DNA from: Anaerolineae bacterium
GTDB lineage: Bacteria > Chloroflexota > Anaerolineae > Anaerolineales > UBA4823
Length of the DNA stretch: 28,122 nt
Direction of reading: 5' to 3'
Assembly: GCA_030622805.1 (NCBI GenBank)
Contig: JAUXFR010000001.1
Coordinates: 1 to 28,122 of the forward strand
The position numbers and the translations under genes were made by a program. Below, piece by piece: positions 1 to 9,637 of this stretch (its first letter is position 1; each line of letters starts with the position of its first letter). The notes beneath the pieces were generated by a model that worked only from the letters and a program-made list of their open reading frames with translations, searched no databases and was not told where the DNA came from.

Positions 1-113
1 ACCTGGAAGTGCAGTTGATCGTACCGGTAGCCCTGGAGCAGGGTTCTAAGTTCGCCATCCGAGAAGGTGGTCTCACCGTCGGCGCTGGCGTGATCACTGA
101 AATCCTCGAGTAG
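1..113 (+). CDS. tuf: Elongation factor Tu, C-terminal fragment (5'-truncated by window edge)
   Basis: Frame from nt 3 reads [36 protein letters not shown], the typical EF-Tu C-terminus (FAIREGG.TVGAG); directly upstream of rpsJ. Confidence 0.95.
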   Translation, partial: LEVQLIVPVALEQGSKFAIREGGLTVGAGVITEILE

Positions 114-123
114 GTATAAAGTA

Positions 124-432
124 ATGGTAAAACAAAAACTTCGCATCCGCCTGAAAGCATACGATCACCGTGTCCTCGATCAATCGGCTAAACGCATTGT
201 CGAAACAGCAGAGAGAACTGGGGCACAAGTTGTCGGTCCTGTACCCTTGCCAACTCGTATAGAAAGGTTTACAATACGCCGCTCGACATTCATCGACAAA
301 GATTCTCACGAGCACTTTGAAATTCGCACACATAATCGCTTAATCGATGTATTGGATCCTGATTCGAAGACCATTGATATGCTGATGCGTCTGAATCTTC
401 CAGCGGGTGTGGATATCGAAATAAAAATATAG
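124..432 (+). CDS. rpsJ: 30S ribosomal protein S10
   Basis: [18 protein letters not shown]...GPVPLPT...[11 protein letters not shown] motifs. Confidence 0.99.
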   Translation: MVKQKLRIRLKAYDHRVLDQSAKRIVETAERTGAQVVGPVPLPTRIERFTIRRSTFIDKDSHEHFEIRTHNRLIDVLDPDSKTIDMLMRLNLPAGVDIEIKI

Positions 433-656
433 TCGTATAGCCGCTTGGTTTGGGAGTCATCTGGTCACAAAAAGGTAACGAGACGACTTCACGGCTAACC
501 AACGGCGAACAGGCAGCAAAAGAGCGGTATTTTTCGCGGACCAACAGATGACCGCTTCGCGATAGACTGGCTTACTATGCTGTGTTCAGGGATGATGCAG
601 CCGAGCCCTGGCTACCAGTCCCGGAAAAATAATTTGATTAACAGGAGACAATTGAG
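433..656 (+). other. Long structured intergenic region, candidate cis-regulatory RNA
   Basis: Several reverse-complement pairs, e.g. gtcatctg 456-463/cagatgac 545-552, gactgg 565-570/ccagtc 615-620, caggg 587-591/ccctg 606-610. Confidence 0.5.
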
Positions 657-1286
657 ATGTTGAAAGGGCTTATTGGCAAGAAAGTCGGTATGACCCAGAT
701 TTTCGATGAGGCCGGTTCTGCAGTTCCGGTCACACTTATCGAAGCTGGGCCATGTTATGTAACCCAAGTGCGGACGCCTGAACAGGATGGCTATACAGCC
801 GTACAATTGGGTTTTGAAGAAGTTAAGCCAAAACGGCTTACCGGTGGTCAATTAGGGCACCTCAAGCGCAACAGTCTTCCCCCGTTGCGCTTTCTACGTG
901 AATTCCGGTCGAAGGAGCCTGGGATAGAAGCGGGTTCGAAACTGACAGTGGAAGTATTTGAAGTCGGTGATCGAGTAGATGTGATCGGTAAGAGCAAGGG
1001 TAGAGGTTTTGCCGGAGCTGTCAAGCGCTACGGATTTCGAGGGGGACCCAAGACGCATGGTCAGTCTGACCGCCTGCGTGCTCCCGGCTCTCGCGGTACC
1101 GGGACATCCCCCGGTCGTGTGTTTAAAGGCTCGAGGGGTCCGGGGCATATGGGGAATGTTAGAGTGACGAGTCAGAATCTTGAAGTGGTTCTGGTCGATT
1201 TAGAACGAAACCTGATCGGTGTGCGAGGCTCAGTCCCCGGCGCGAGCGGCGGTGTGGTGATGGTCAAAGCTGCCCGTAAGGATTAA
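657..1286 (+). CDS. rplC: 50S ribosomal protein L3
   Basis: [31 protein letters not shown] motifs; SD aggag upstream. Confidence 0.99.
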   Translation: MLKGLIGKKVGMTQIFDEAGSAVPVTLIEAGPCYVTQVRTPEQDGYTAVQLGFEEVKPKRLTGGQLGHLKRNSLPPLRFLREFRSKEPGIEAGSKLTVEVFEVGDRVDVIGKSKGRGFAGAVKRYGFRGGPKTHGQSDRLRAPGSRGTGTSPGRVFKGSRGPGHMGNVRVTSQNLEVVLVDLERNLIGVRGSVPGASGGVVMVKAARKD

Positions 1287-1304
1287 GTGTATTTGGAGCG
1301 AAGT

Positions 1305-1934
1305 ATGGAAGCAGATATCATCAACATGGAAGGAAAAAAGGTTCGCAGTGTCGAATTGTCGACAGTGATCTTTGAAGCCCCCATAAATATCGATCTAATG
1401 CACCAGGCGTACGTCCGTCAGTTGGCGAACGCCAGGTTAGGGACGCACAGCACAAAGGGGCGAAGTGATGTCTCAGGTGGTGGAAGAAAACCATGGCGGC
1501 AGAAAGGCACCGGACGTGCTCGCCAGGGATCAATCCGATCAGCTCAATGGGTCGGTGGTGGAAAGATACACACACCAAAGCCGCGTAATTACTCGAAAAA
1601 AATGACAAAGAAGATGCGCAGAGGCGCATTGCGTTCTGCATTAAGTGTTAAAGCGGCAGAAGAAAGCATTATCTTGGTAGAAGAACTTTCCTTTGGGGAA
1701 CCCAGAACTCAGATAATGGCTCAAGCCCTTGAGCGTATCATTGGAGATGCAACCGTATTGATTCTGCTCCCAGAGAAAACGGAAGCGTATGACTTGATTA
1801 CAAGGTCAACCAGTAATTTGCCTTATGTAAAGACGTTAAACGCGAATTATCTTAATATCCGTGATCTCCTGGGGTATGATAGGGTTATTGTGCCGTTGCA
1901 AGCATTAGATATTATTGAGAGTTATTTAGGATAG
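1305..1934 (+). CDS. rplD: 50S ribosomal protein L4
   Basis: KPWRQKGTGRARQGSIRS motif; start moved from GTG 1287 to ATG 1305, which follows a GGAG SD. Confidence 0.98.
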   Translation: MEADIINMEGKKVRSVELSTVIFEAPINIDLMHQAYVRQLANARLGTHSTKGRSDVSGGGRKPWRQKGTGRARQGSIRSAQWVGGGKIHTPKPRNYSKKMTKKMRRGALRSALSVKAAEESIILVEELSFGEPRTQIMAQALERIIGDATVLILLPEKTEAYDLITRSTSNLPYVKTLNANYLNIRDLLGYDRVIVPLQALDIIESYLG

Positions 1935-1946
1935 GTAGAGGTAACA

Positions 1947-2249
1947 ATGACTACAATTTATGATGTTCTTCGCCGTCCAATCATTACAGAAAAAACAAAC
2001 TATCAGAATGACGCGTTGGGCAAATATGTGTTCGAAGTCAGTAAAGATGCTACAAAAAGTATGGTAAAAGACGCAGTTGAGACCCTGTTTAATGTCGCTG
2101 TAACGCGTGTGAACATAATAAATGTTCCCGCAAAACGATCCAAGCGTTATCCAAGCAGGCGAATGGGTGTGCGGCGCAGCGGCTACAAGAAAGCTATTAT
2201 TACACTTGCTGTTGGCGATACCATACCGCTCTTCGAGGGAGTGAGATAA
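1947..2249 (+). CDS. rplW: 50S ribosomal protein L23
   Basis: PIITEKT...YVFEV...YKKAIITL; position in S10 operon. Confidence 0.98.
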   Translation: MTTIYDVLRRPIITEKTNYQNDALGKYVFEVSKDATKSMVKDAVETLFNVAVTRVNIINVPAKRSKRYPSRRMGVRRSGYKKAIITLAVGDTIPLFEGVR

Positions 2250-3082
2250 TGGCAATTAAGAAGTATAAACCCGTCACACCTGGTCGAAGGGGGATGACTG
2301 GCTCTACCTTTGAAGAAATAACGAAGACGAGTCCAGAGAAATCACTGCTGAAGCCGTTAAAGAAAAAAGCTGGTCGAAATATGTATGGTCGGATTACTGT
2401 ACGGCACCGCGGTGGTGGACATCGGCGGCATATCCGAGTCGTAGATTTTAAGCGCAGCAAGCGCGATATACCTGCACGGGTGGCTGCTATTGAGTACGAT
2501 CCAAATCGCTCGGCAAGATTGGCACTTCTTTTTTATGCGGATGGTGAAAAGCGTTATATTATCGCTCCACTTGGGCTGCGAGTGAATGATAGCGTGATTT
2601 CTGGTCGTCAGGTCGAGATTCGTCCTGGAAATTGTTTGCCAATTAGCAGTATTCCTGTAGGCACGATGATCCATAATTTAGAGATCAATCCTGGTCGGGG
2701 TGGTCAGATGGTACGCTCTGCGGGTGCTGCTGCGCAACTTCTCGCAAAAGAAGGTGATTATGCTCAGGTTCGATTGCCTTCCGGTGAAATCAGGCTGATA
2801 CGCCAGGAGTGCTACGCAACGATTGGTCAGGTTGGAAATTTAGATCATGGAAATATCAAACTGGGTAAAGCGGGACGAAAAAGATATCTGGGATTTCGAC
2901 CTGCTGTACGCGGCTCAGCTATGTCTCCACGTGATCATCCTCACGGGGGAGGTGAAGGACGATCGGGAATTGGTATGCCTTCACCCAAAAGCCCCTGGGG
3001 TAAAAAGACTTTGGGTAAGAAGACGCGACGGAATAAACGTACAGATAAGTATATTTTACACCGCCGGAGCAAGAAACGATAG
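2249..3082 (+). CDS. rplB: 50S ribosomal protein L2
   Basis: [21 protein letters not shown] motifs. Confidence 0.99.
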   Translation: MAIKKYKPVTPGRRGMTGSTFEEITKTSPEKSLLKPLKKKAGRNMYGRITVRHRGGGHRRHIRVVDFKRSKRDIPARVAAIEYDPNRSARLALLFYADGEKRYIIAPLGLRVNDSVISGRQVEIRPGNCLPISSIPVGTMIHNLEINPGRGGQMVRSAGAAAQLLAKEGDYAQVRLPSGEIRLIRQECYATIGQVGNLDHGNIKLGKAGRKRYLGFRPAVRGSAMSPRDHPHGGGEGRSGIGMPSPKSPWGKKTLGKKTRRNKRTDKYILHRRSKKR

Positions 3083-3161
3083 TAGTTCGAGAAAAAAGGT
3101 TGGTTTACCGCTGGAACGGATGGTGTTGTTCCATAAGAATTAACCACCAGGAGTAAGAGTT

Positions 3162-3440
3162 ATGGGACGATCTTTGAAAAAGGGTCCTTACATTGACCCG
3201 AAATTGCTAAAAAAAATTGAGAATATGAATGAAAGTGGCGAAAAAAGAGTCATTCGTACCTGGAGCCGTGCCAGCACCATTTTCCCTCAGATGGTGGGGC
3301 ACACCATAGGTGTACACGATGGACGCCGGCATGTCCCCATTTACGTAACAGAGAACATGGTTGGGCATAAGCTGGGTGAGTTTGCACCCACACGGACATT
3401 TCGCGGACACGTCGCCGAGAAGAGATTGCGAAGGAGTTAG
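3162..3440 (+). CDS. rpsS: 30S ribosomal protein S19
   Basis: MGRSLKKGP...TWSRASTI...[11 protein letters not shown]. Confidence 0.99.
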   Translation: MGRSLKKGPYIDPKLLKKIENMNESGEKRVIRTWSRASTIFPQMVGHTIGVHDGRRHVPIYVTENMVGHKLGEFAPTRTFRGHVAEKRLRRS

Positions 3441-3794
3441 TTGGAAGTGGAAACAGATATCATTGCTCATGCCCGTAATATCCGTATTTCCCCGCAGAAA
3501 GTTCGTAGGGTAGTAGACCTTGTGCGCGGAAAAGACGTGGTAGAAGCTCTCACGATTTTGAAATTTGTACCGAACCGTGCCGCCCTTCCCATTTCTAAAG
3601 TAATAGCATCCGCTATGGCGAATGGTGAGGAGAACTTTGGTGTCAGTCGGGATGAAATGTTTGTCCACCGGATATTTGCAGATGTAGCCCCCACGCGAAA
3701 GTGGCGTCGGTTTGGTGCTCGTGGACGATTTAAGCCATGGCTGCGCCGAGCTTCTCATATAACAGTCATCCTGCGAGAGCGGGAAGAAGCGTAG
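3441..3794 (+). CDS. rplV: 50S ribosomal protein L22
   Basis: RISPQKVRRVVDLVRGK...SHITV; start is TTG 3441 or GTG 3447. Confidence 0.97.
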   Translation: MEVETDIIAHARNIRISPQKVRRVVDLVRGKDVVEALTILKFVPNRAALPISKVIASAMANGEENFGVSRDEMFVHRIFADVAPTRKWRRFGARGRFKPWLRRASHITVILREREEA

Positions 3795-3806
3795 CAAGGA
3801 GAGAAT

Positions 3807-4484
3807 ATGGGTCGAAAAGTTCATCCGATTGGGTTTCGATTGAAGATAAATAAAACCTGGGACGCACGTTGGTATGCGGAAGGTGAAGATTATGTGAACA
3901 ACCTGCACCAAGATTTTAAAATCCGTGGAGTGATTAGAGAAGAAGCACCACGTGCAGGTGTGTCCAGGATTGAAATCGAACGCTTTCCAGGCAAGATAAG
4001 AATTTTGGTACATACGGCAAAACCAGGTGTACTGATAGGTCGTAAGGGTGAAAATGTTAAAAAACTCAGAGCTAATTTAGAGGCACTGGTTGGGAAGAAG
4101 ATCGATCTGGAAATCAAAGAAATCAAAGATCCCGACCTGGATGCGTTTCTGGTTGCCAGAAATATTGCAGATCAACTCGAACGTCGTATCAGCTTCCAAA
4201 GAGCGATGAAGCGCGGGATTCAGCAGGCGATGCGTCAGGGTGCTCAGGGAATCCGCGTTGAAGTCTCCGGTCGATTGACCGGTTCTGAAATGGCTCGATC
4301 CGTGAATATGCGGGAGGGTCGCGTTCCACGACAAACCCTAAGAGCGAATATCGATTACGCGCTCTCCGAAGCGCTGACTACGTATGGGAAGATCGGTGTC
4401 AAGGTATGGATTTATAAAGGTGATGTTATGCCTGAGGTTGAGGAGATCATTGAGACCTCTGAAGGCGTATATGTGAGTAAGTAA
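3807..4484 (+). CDS. rpsC: 30S ribosomal protein S3
   Basis: [12 protein letters not shown]...[14 protein letters not shown]...[11 protein letters not shown]. Confidence 0.99.
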   Translation: MGRKVHPIGFRLKINKTWDARWYAEGEDYVNNLHQDFKIRGVIREEAPRAGVSRIEIERFPGKIRILVHTAKPGVLIGRKGENVKKLRANLEALVGKKIDLEIKEIKDPDLDAFLVARNIADQLERRISFQRAMKRGIQQAMRQGAQGIRVEVSGRLTGSEMARSVNMREGRVPRQTLRANIDYALSEALTTYGKIGVKVWIYKGDVMPEVEEIIETSEGVYVSK

Positions 4485-4486
4485 TT

Positions 4487-4915
4487 ATGTTAATGCCTAA
4501 ACGTGTTAAATACCGTAAACAAATGCGCGGTCGTATGAAGGGAAAAGCCTATCGCGGATCTACAGTGACTTTTGGCGATTTCGGTTTGAAAGCGATTGAA
4601 CCCGGATGGATTTCCTCAAGACAGATCGAAGCCGCCCGCAGGGCTATTGTCCGTGCAATGCGGCGACGCGGTAAATTATGGATACGCATATTTCCCGACA
4701 AACCAGTAACTCAAAGGGCGGCAGAAAGCCGTATGGGTAAAGGTAAGGGCGATGTTGAATTTTGGGTAGCAGTTGTGAAACCGGGTCGTATCATGTTTGA
4801 GGTGGGTGGCGGAATGCCAGATGATATCGCTCTGAACGCCTTGCGCCTGGCACAGTACAAACTGCCGATTAAAACCAAGATTGTCAGTCGAAAAGATCAG
4901 ATGGGAGGCGAGTAA
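4487..4915 (+). CDS. rplP: 50S ribosomal protein L16
   Basis: [11 protein letters not shown]...RMGKGKG. Confidence 0.99.
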   Translation: MLMPKRVKYRKQMRGRMKGKAYRGSTVTFGDFGLKAIEPGWISSRQIEAARRAIVRAMRRRGKLWIRIFPDKPVTQRAAESRMGKGKGDVEFWVAVVKPGRIMFEVGGGMPDDIALNALRLAQYKLPIKTKIVSRKDQMGGE

Positions 4916-5130
4916 TGGCAGATGCAAAAGAACTGCGTGATCTGGATCACGATAAGCTGGTCGGTCGTCTCAATGATGCTCGCGAAGAACTCATGAACCT
5001 GCGATTTCAGCAGTCAAGTGGAGAATTGACAGATTTTAACCGTCTGAGCGTTACCCGCCGAGAGATTGCGAGAATATTGACCATTTTAAATGAAAGTCAG
5101 CCGACGACCAGTAAGGAGAATAGCGAATGA
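4915..5130 (+). CDS. rpmC: 50S ribosomal protein L29
   Basis: ELMNLRFQ...RREIARILT; position after rplP. Confidence 0.97.
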   Translation: MADAKELRDLDHDKLVGRLNDAREELMNLRFQQSSGELTDFNRLSVTRREIARILTILNESQPTTSKENSE

Positions 5131-5405
5131 ACACCCGACGAAGATTAACCGGCAAAGTTTTTAGCAATAAAATGGATAAAACTGTAATCGTCGAGGTGTC
5201 AAGATCCTATCGACACCGGCTTTATCAAAAGGTCGTCCACAGCCGACGAAAGTACATGGCGCATGATGAACTGAATTGCGAGGTTGGCGATCAGGTTCGG
5301 ATTGTTGAGAGTCGCCCGATATCACGGCATAAGCGGTGGGTTGTGGAAGAGATTTTACGAAGTGGACATCACAGTACTGGTGAAGAAATGGAGACTGTCC
5401 CATGA
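5127..5405 (+). CDS. rpsQ: 30S ribosomal protein S17
   Basis: [14 protein letters not shown]...AHDE...[18 protein letters not shown]. Confidence 0.98.
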   Translation: MNTRRRLTGKVFSNKMDKTVIVEVSRSYRHRLYQKVVHSRRKYMAHDELNCEVGDQVRIVESRPISRHKRWVVEEILRSGHHSTGEEMETVP

Positions 5406-5773
5406 TTCAGCAGGAATCACGCATAAAGATTGCTGATAATTCGGGAGCGCGCGAGATACTCGTGATCCATGTGCTTGGTGGTTCGGGGAGGCGGTATGCG
5501 CGGGTTGGTGATGTTGTGGTCGGCACAGTAAAGATCGCGACACCAAATTCCGCTGTTAAGAAAAGTGATATAGTCCGTGCTGTGATCGTCAGAACTGCAA
5601 AGGAGTGGCGCCGGGAGGACGGTTCATCTATTCGATTTGACGATAACGCCGCTGTCATTTTGGATACGGATGGAAGAAACCCAAGAGGAACGCGTATCTT
5701 TGGTCCAGTGGCACGTGAGCTTCGCGAGAAAGGTTATATGAGGATCGTTTCGCTGGCGCCAGAAGTCGTATAG
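5402..5773 (+). CDS. rplN: 50S ribosomal protein L14
   Basis: ADNSGARE...RFDDNAAV...[13 protein letters not shown]...SLAPEV. Confidence 0.99.
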   Translation: MIQQESRIKIADNSGAREILVIHVLGGSGRRYARVGDVVVGTVKIATPNSAVKKSDIVRAVIVRTAKEWRREDGSSIRFDDNAAVILDTDGRNPRGTRIFGPVARELREKGYMRIVSLAPEVV

Positions 5774-5820
5774 GACAGGTTTCCTGAGATCGTACTGTTT
5801 GGAATGATAGGAGCAACAAA

Positions 5821-6150
5821 GTGAGAGTAAAAATACGAAAAGGCGACACGGTTGAGATTATTAGTGGGTCTCGAAAAGATAAGGGTAAGCGAGGCGAAGT
5901 GATAAAGGTTTCGCCAGATTCGTCACGCGCAGTTGTGCAGGGCATAAATTTTCAAAAAAAACACCAGAGCCAGGTTCAAACCCGGGGACGCACGATCAAT
6001 CCGGGAATTATCGAATTTGAAGGATCCATTCACATCTCGAACATAATGCTGGTTTGCCCAAAATGCAAACAACCGACACGTGTCGGTCTTCATCGAGATG
6101 AAGATGGCGTCCAGCGGATGTGCAAGAAGTGCGAGGCACTGTTTGATTAG
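5821..6150 (+). CDS. rplX: 50S ribosomal protein L24
   Basis: IRKGDTVEIISG..KDKGKRG...IHISNIML. Confidence 0.98.
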   Translation: MRVKIRKGDTVEIISGSRKDKGKRGEVIKVSPDSSRAVVQGINFQKKHQSQVQTRGRTINPGIIEFEGSIHISNIMLVCPKCKQPTRVGLHRDEDGVQRMCKKCEALFD

Positions 6151-6171
6151 TGACCTCTGCGGAGCAGAAAT

Positions 6172-6720
6172 ATGAGCACTATTTTAAAGGAATATTATCA
6201 GACTGAAATTGTACCGGACTTGATGAAATCACTCAACTATAAGAATGTGATGGAAGTGCCGCGCATAGAGAAAGTTGTCGTGAATATTGGCGTAGGTGAA
6301 GCAATCGACAACGCACGCGCGCTAGAATCAGCGGTAAATGATCTTACATTAATAACCGGACAAAAGCCCATAATCACCAAGGCGCGTAAAAGTATTGCGA
6401 ACTTCAAGCTGCGCGAAGGTCGAGCGATCGGTGTAAAAGTTACGCTGCGCGGCGAAAGAATGTGGGCGTTTTTGGATCGGTTTATGAACATCGCGCTTCC
6501 GAGAGTGCGCGACTTTCGTGGAATAAGTCCAAATTCGTTCGATGGAAGAGGAAATTACACACTTGGTTTGCGCGAGCAGCTGGTGTTCCCGGAGATCGAT
6601 TACGATACTATCGATAAATTGCGCGGGATGGAAATTACAATCGTTTCTACTGCTCGAACAGATGACGAAGGCAGGCAGCTTTTAGACTTGCTCGGTATGC
6701 CATTTAGGAAGGAAGGTTAA
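6172..6720 (+). CDS. rplE: 50S ribosomal protein L5
   Basis: [13 protein letters not shown]...FKLREG...PRVRDFRG. Confidence 0.99.
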   Translation: MSTILKEYYQTEIVPDLMKSLNYKNVMEVPRIEKVVVNIGVGEAIDNARALESAVNDLTLITGQKPIITKARKSIANFKLREGRAIGVKVTLRGERMWAFLDRFMNIALPRVRDFRGISPNSFDGRGNYTLGLREQLVFPEIDYDTIDKLRGMEITIVSTARTDDEGRQLLDLLGMPFRKEG

Positions 6721-6723
6721 TCC

Positions 6724-6906
6724 ATGGCAAAGAAAAGTATGATCATTAAAGAGACCCGGCGTAAGTACCCCACACGCGTCCGAAATCGCTGTATGATATG
6801 TGGTCGACCGCGCGGTTATATTCGTCGTTTTGGACTGTGTCGTATCTGCTTTAGAGAGAAGGCACTCGAAGGAAAAATCCCAGGCGTCGTTAAGTCTTCC
6901 TGGTAG
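6724..6906 (+). CDS. rpsN: 30S ribosomal protein S14, short zinc-binding (type Z) form
   Basis: 60 aa with RCMICGRP...LCRICFRE (four Cys ligands). Confidence 0.98.
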   Translation: MAKKSMIIKETRRKYPTRVRNRCMICGRPRGYIRRFGLCRICFREKALEGKIPGVVKSSW

Positions 6907-6925
6907 CCGGGTGGAGGTATAGAGA

Positions 6926-7339
6926 ATGAGCGTTAGTGATCCAATTAGTGATATGTTAACTCGAATTCGCAACGCATCGATCGTTGGAAACAGTACTGTT
7001 GCGATGCCCAGTTCAAAAATAAAGGTAGCAATTGCTGAAATTTTAGTGAACGAGGGCTATATTACCAGTTATGAAGTTGTGGATGGAAAGGTAAGAAATT
7101 CTAAAGTACTGCGACTTCGTTTGAAGTATGTCGGGATAAGGCGTAGCCGAGAACCTGTAATCAGCGGATTAGAACGTATTAGCCGACCTGGTCGTCGTGT
7201 TTATACCAACAAAAGAGAAATTCCCTGGGTACTTTCTGGTATCGGCATTGCCATCATGTCAACCCCAAAAGGTGTCATGACAGGACAGCGTGCACGTCAA
7301 TTGGGTGTCGGAGGCGAGATACTCTGTAAGGTATGGTGA
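6926..7339 (+). CDS. rpsH: 30S ribosomal protein S8
   Basis: DPISDMLTRIRNA...ISRPGRRVY...STPKGVMT. Confidence 0.99.
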   Translation: MSVSDPISDMLTRIRNASIVGNSTVAMPSSKIKVAIAEILVNEGYITSYEVVDGKVRNSKVLRLRLKYVGIRRSREPVISGLERISRPGRRVYTNKREIPWVLSGIGIAIMSTPKGVMTGQRARQLGVGGEILCKVW

Positions 7340-7443
7340 ATTGGATTGTAGATTGATATCGGTTATTTAGGATTACTGCACAAGCCAGAAAACAGGCTGC
7401 AGTCTATCGGAATCAATTTCAGCAATTATTAGGAGGTTTAGTA

Positions 7444-7986
7444 GTGTCAAGAATCGGTCGTTTACCCGTTGCGGTACCGCAGGGTGTTGATGTAAAAATA
7501 AAGGGCACATATGTGTACGTCAAGGGACCCAAAGGTGAACTGAGTCACACATTTCCTGCATCCATGAGAATTAAACTCAAGGATGGTGAGATTAAAGTGA
7601 CACGTCCCTCTGACGAGAAAGAAGATAAAGCCATGCATGGCACGACTCGCGCAATCATCAACAATATGGTTGTTGGAGTCAGTGAAGGTTTCGAAAAGAA
7701 ACTTGAAATTAATGGCGTCGGATATCGTGCGGAATTGGATGGAGCTAATTTAGTACTGCATGTCGGTTATTCCCATGCGATTACGATTGAACCTCAGGAA
7801 GGGATCACCTTTGAGATAGATAATCGATCTCGGCTAATAACAGTTCAGGGCTTCGACAAACAGGCCGTTGGTCAGACTGCCGCCGTGATACGTAAAGTCC
7901 GTCCTCCTGAACCCTATAAGGGGAAAGGGATTAAATATATCGATGAAGTGATCCGGCGCAAGGCAGGAAAGGCAGGTAAAGTGTAA
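7444..7986 (+). CDS. rplF: 50S ribosomal protein L6
   Basis: SRIGRLPV...GPKGEL...PEPYKGKGI; GTG start after aggagg. Confidence 0.99.
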   Translation: MSRIGRLPVAVPQGVDVKIKGTYVYVKGPKGELSHTFPASMRIKLKDGEIKVTRPSDEKEDKAMHGTTRAIINNMVVGVSEGFEKKLEINGVGYRAELDGANLVLHVGYSHAITIEPQEGITFEIDNRSRLITVQGFDKQAVGQTAAVIRKVRPPEPYKGKGIKYIDEVIRRKAGKAGKV

Positions 7987-8354
7987 TGGCAAAGAAAAGA
8001 TCGCGCAATGATGCGCGTATCAGGAGACACACTCGTGTGCGGAAAAAGGTGCACGGAACAGCGGATGTGCCACGTTTGAATGTATATCGTAGTCTCTCTG
8101 CGATTTATGCACAGGTTATAGATGATGAGGCAGGTAACACGCTGGTCTCAGCATCATCAATTGACAAAGAAATAAGAGCTCAGATGGGTGGTCTTAAGAA
8201 AACCGAACAGGCTCGAATTGTCGGTCAAGTTCTCGCTGACCGAGCAAAGGATAAAGACATTAAGACGGTCATATTTGATCGCAGTGGATATCGCTATATT
8301 GGTCGCGTAAAAGCATTAGCTGATGGTGCGCGCGAGAGCGGATTGCAGTTCTAA
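7986..8354 (+). CDS. rplR: 50S ribosomal protein L18
   Basis: PRLNVYRS...[26 protein letters not shown]. Confidence 0.99.
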   Translation: MAKKRSRNDARIRRHTRVRKKVHGTADVPRLNVYRSLSAIYAQVIDDEAGNTLVSASSIDKEIRAQMGGLKKTEQARIVGQVLADRAKDKDIKTVIFDRSGYRYIGRVKALADGARESGLQF

Positions 8355-8394
8355 TCAGTTGGAATATCTGGTCCAATGATTAGTGTGCCTCGCT

Positions 8395-8928
8395 ATGGAG
8401 AAAACAATTGTGGATAAGCAGTTTTCGGAATTAACTCAAGAACTTGATGAACGTGTCGTTGACATCGCCAGGGTTGCGACCGTCGTAAAAGGTGGTCGAA
8501 GATTTTCATTCCGTGTTGTCGTGGTTGTGGGAGATAAACGCGGTAGTGTGGGCGCAGGTATTGGTAGGGCAAACACAGTCCCCGACGCGATACGGAAAGC
8601 TAACGAGAAAGCACGTAAGGATATGCATGAATTAGCCTTATATAAAACCACGATTCCTCACGAAGTAATCGGGAAGGTGGCCGGTGCGAAAGTGCTGTTG
8701 AAACCCGCCTCAGAAGGGACTGGTGTGATTGCTGGCGGTGGTGTGCGTGCTGTTCTGGAAGCAGCAGGCGTTTCAGATATTTTGACCAAATCACTTGGCA
8801 GCAGCAATATATTAAACGTTGTATCTGCAACCATGAAGGCATTGGACCAGTTGAAATCTCCGGAAATTGAAGCATCAAACAGAGGCAAATCACCACAGGA
8901 TCTGATACCGTATTGGGATCGGAGGTAA
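8395..8928 (+). CDS. rpsE: 30S ribosomal protein S5
   Basis: [17 protein letters not shown]...[12 protein letters not shown]; start uncertain (ATG 8395 preferred over GTG 8383). Confidence 0.97.
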   Translation: MEKTIVDKQFSELTQELDERVVDIARVATVVKGGRRFSFRVVVVVGDKRGSVGAGIGRANTVPDAIRKANEKARKDMHELALYKTTIPHEVIGKVAGAKVLLKPASEGTGVIAGGGVRAVLEAAGVSDILTKSLGSSNILNVVSATMKALDQLKSPEIEASNRGKSPQDLIPYWDRR

Positions 8929-8929
8929 G

Positions 8930-9139
8930 ATGCCAAGAAAGAAGAAAGAGATACCAAAAATATTCCAGGTGACACTGGTAAAAAGTCCCATTGGATATTC
9001 CGAACGACAGAAGGGCACGATCAGGGCGCTTGGTCTACGGCGTATGAATCAGACGGTTGAACACGTTGATACCCCTACACTGCGTGGAATGCTGCACAAG
9101 GTCAGCCACCTTGTAGATATTAAGGAAGTTAATGATTAG
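8930..9139 (+). CDS. rpmD: 50S ribosomal protein L30
   Basis: VTLVKSPIG...LGLRRMNQTV...GMLHKVSHLV. Confidence 0.98.
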   Translation: MPRKKKEIPKIFQVTLVKSPIGYSERQKGTIRALGLRRMNQTVEHVDTPTLRGMLHKVSHLVDIKEVND

Positions 9140-9150
9140 CAGGAATAATT

Positions 9151-9606
9151 ATGAAGTTACATGATCTGAAGCCAAACAAAGGATCTAAAAAATCACGCAA
9201 GCGAGTCGGGCGTGGAATCGCAGCCGGTCAGGGAAAGACTGCCGGGCGCGGTATGAAAGGACAGGGCGCACGCGCAGGTGGGGGTACACCGCTCTATCAT
9301 ATGGGTGGCAATCTGCCGCTGTTCCGCAAACTGCCGTTCATGCGGGGGAAGGGATTCACACCAATAAACCGGATTACATACAATGAGGTCAACCTGGAGC
9401 AACTACATGATTTCCCGGCTGATAGCAAAATATCTCCCGAAATCCTGGCAGATGCGAACCTGTTGAACGATGTGCGAAGCCCTGTGGTGGTGCTTGGTCG
9501 AGGTAATGTAAACGTTTCTCTTAATGTGAAATGCCACCGAATCAGTAAAGGTGCTCGTTCAAAGATAGAGGCAGCGGGTGGTACCGTTGAGATCATTGAA
9601 CAATGA
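9151..9606 (+). CDS. rplO: 50S ribosomal protein L15
   Basis: RVGRGIAAGQGKTAGRGMKGQGAR...AGG. Confidence 0.99.
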   Translation: MKLHDLKPNKGSKKSRKRVGRGIAAGQGKTAGRGMKGQGARAGGGTPLYHMGGNLPLFRKLPFMRGKGFTPINRITYNEVNLEQLHDFPADSKISPEILADANLLNDVRSPVVVLGRGNVNVSLNVKCHRISKGARSKIEAAGGTVEIIEQ

Positions 9607-9637
9607 TGACGATTGAGTCAGTTAAGGAGTCGAACTT

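Noticed and set aside
587-603. cagg...gcagcc resembling SRP RNA domain IV
   Set aside because: The spacing is too short and the GGAA tetraloop helix is absent; not called as SRP RNA
3207-4013. 268-aa minus-strand ORF
   Set aside because: Antisense shadow of rpsS-rplV-rpsC; no recognisable motifs
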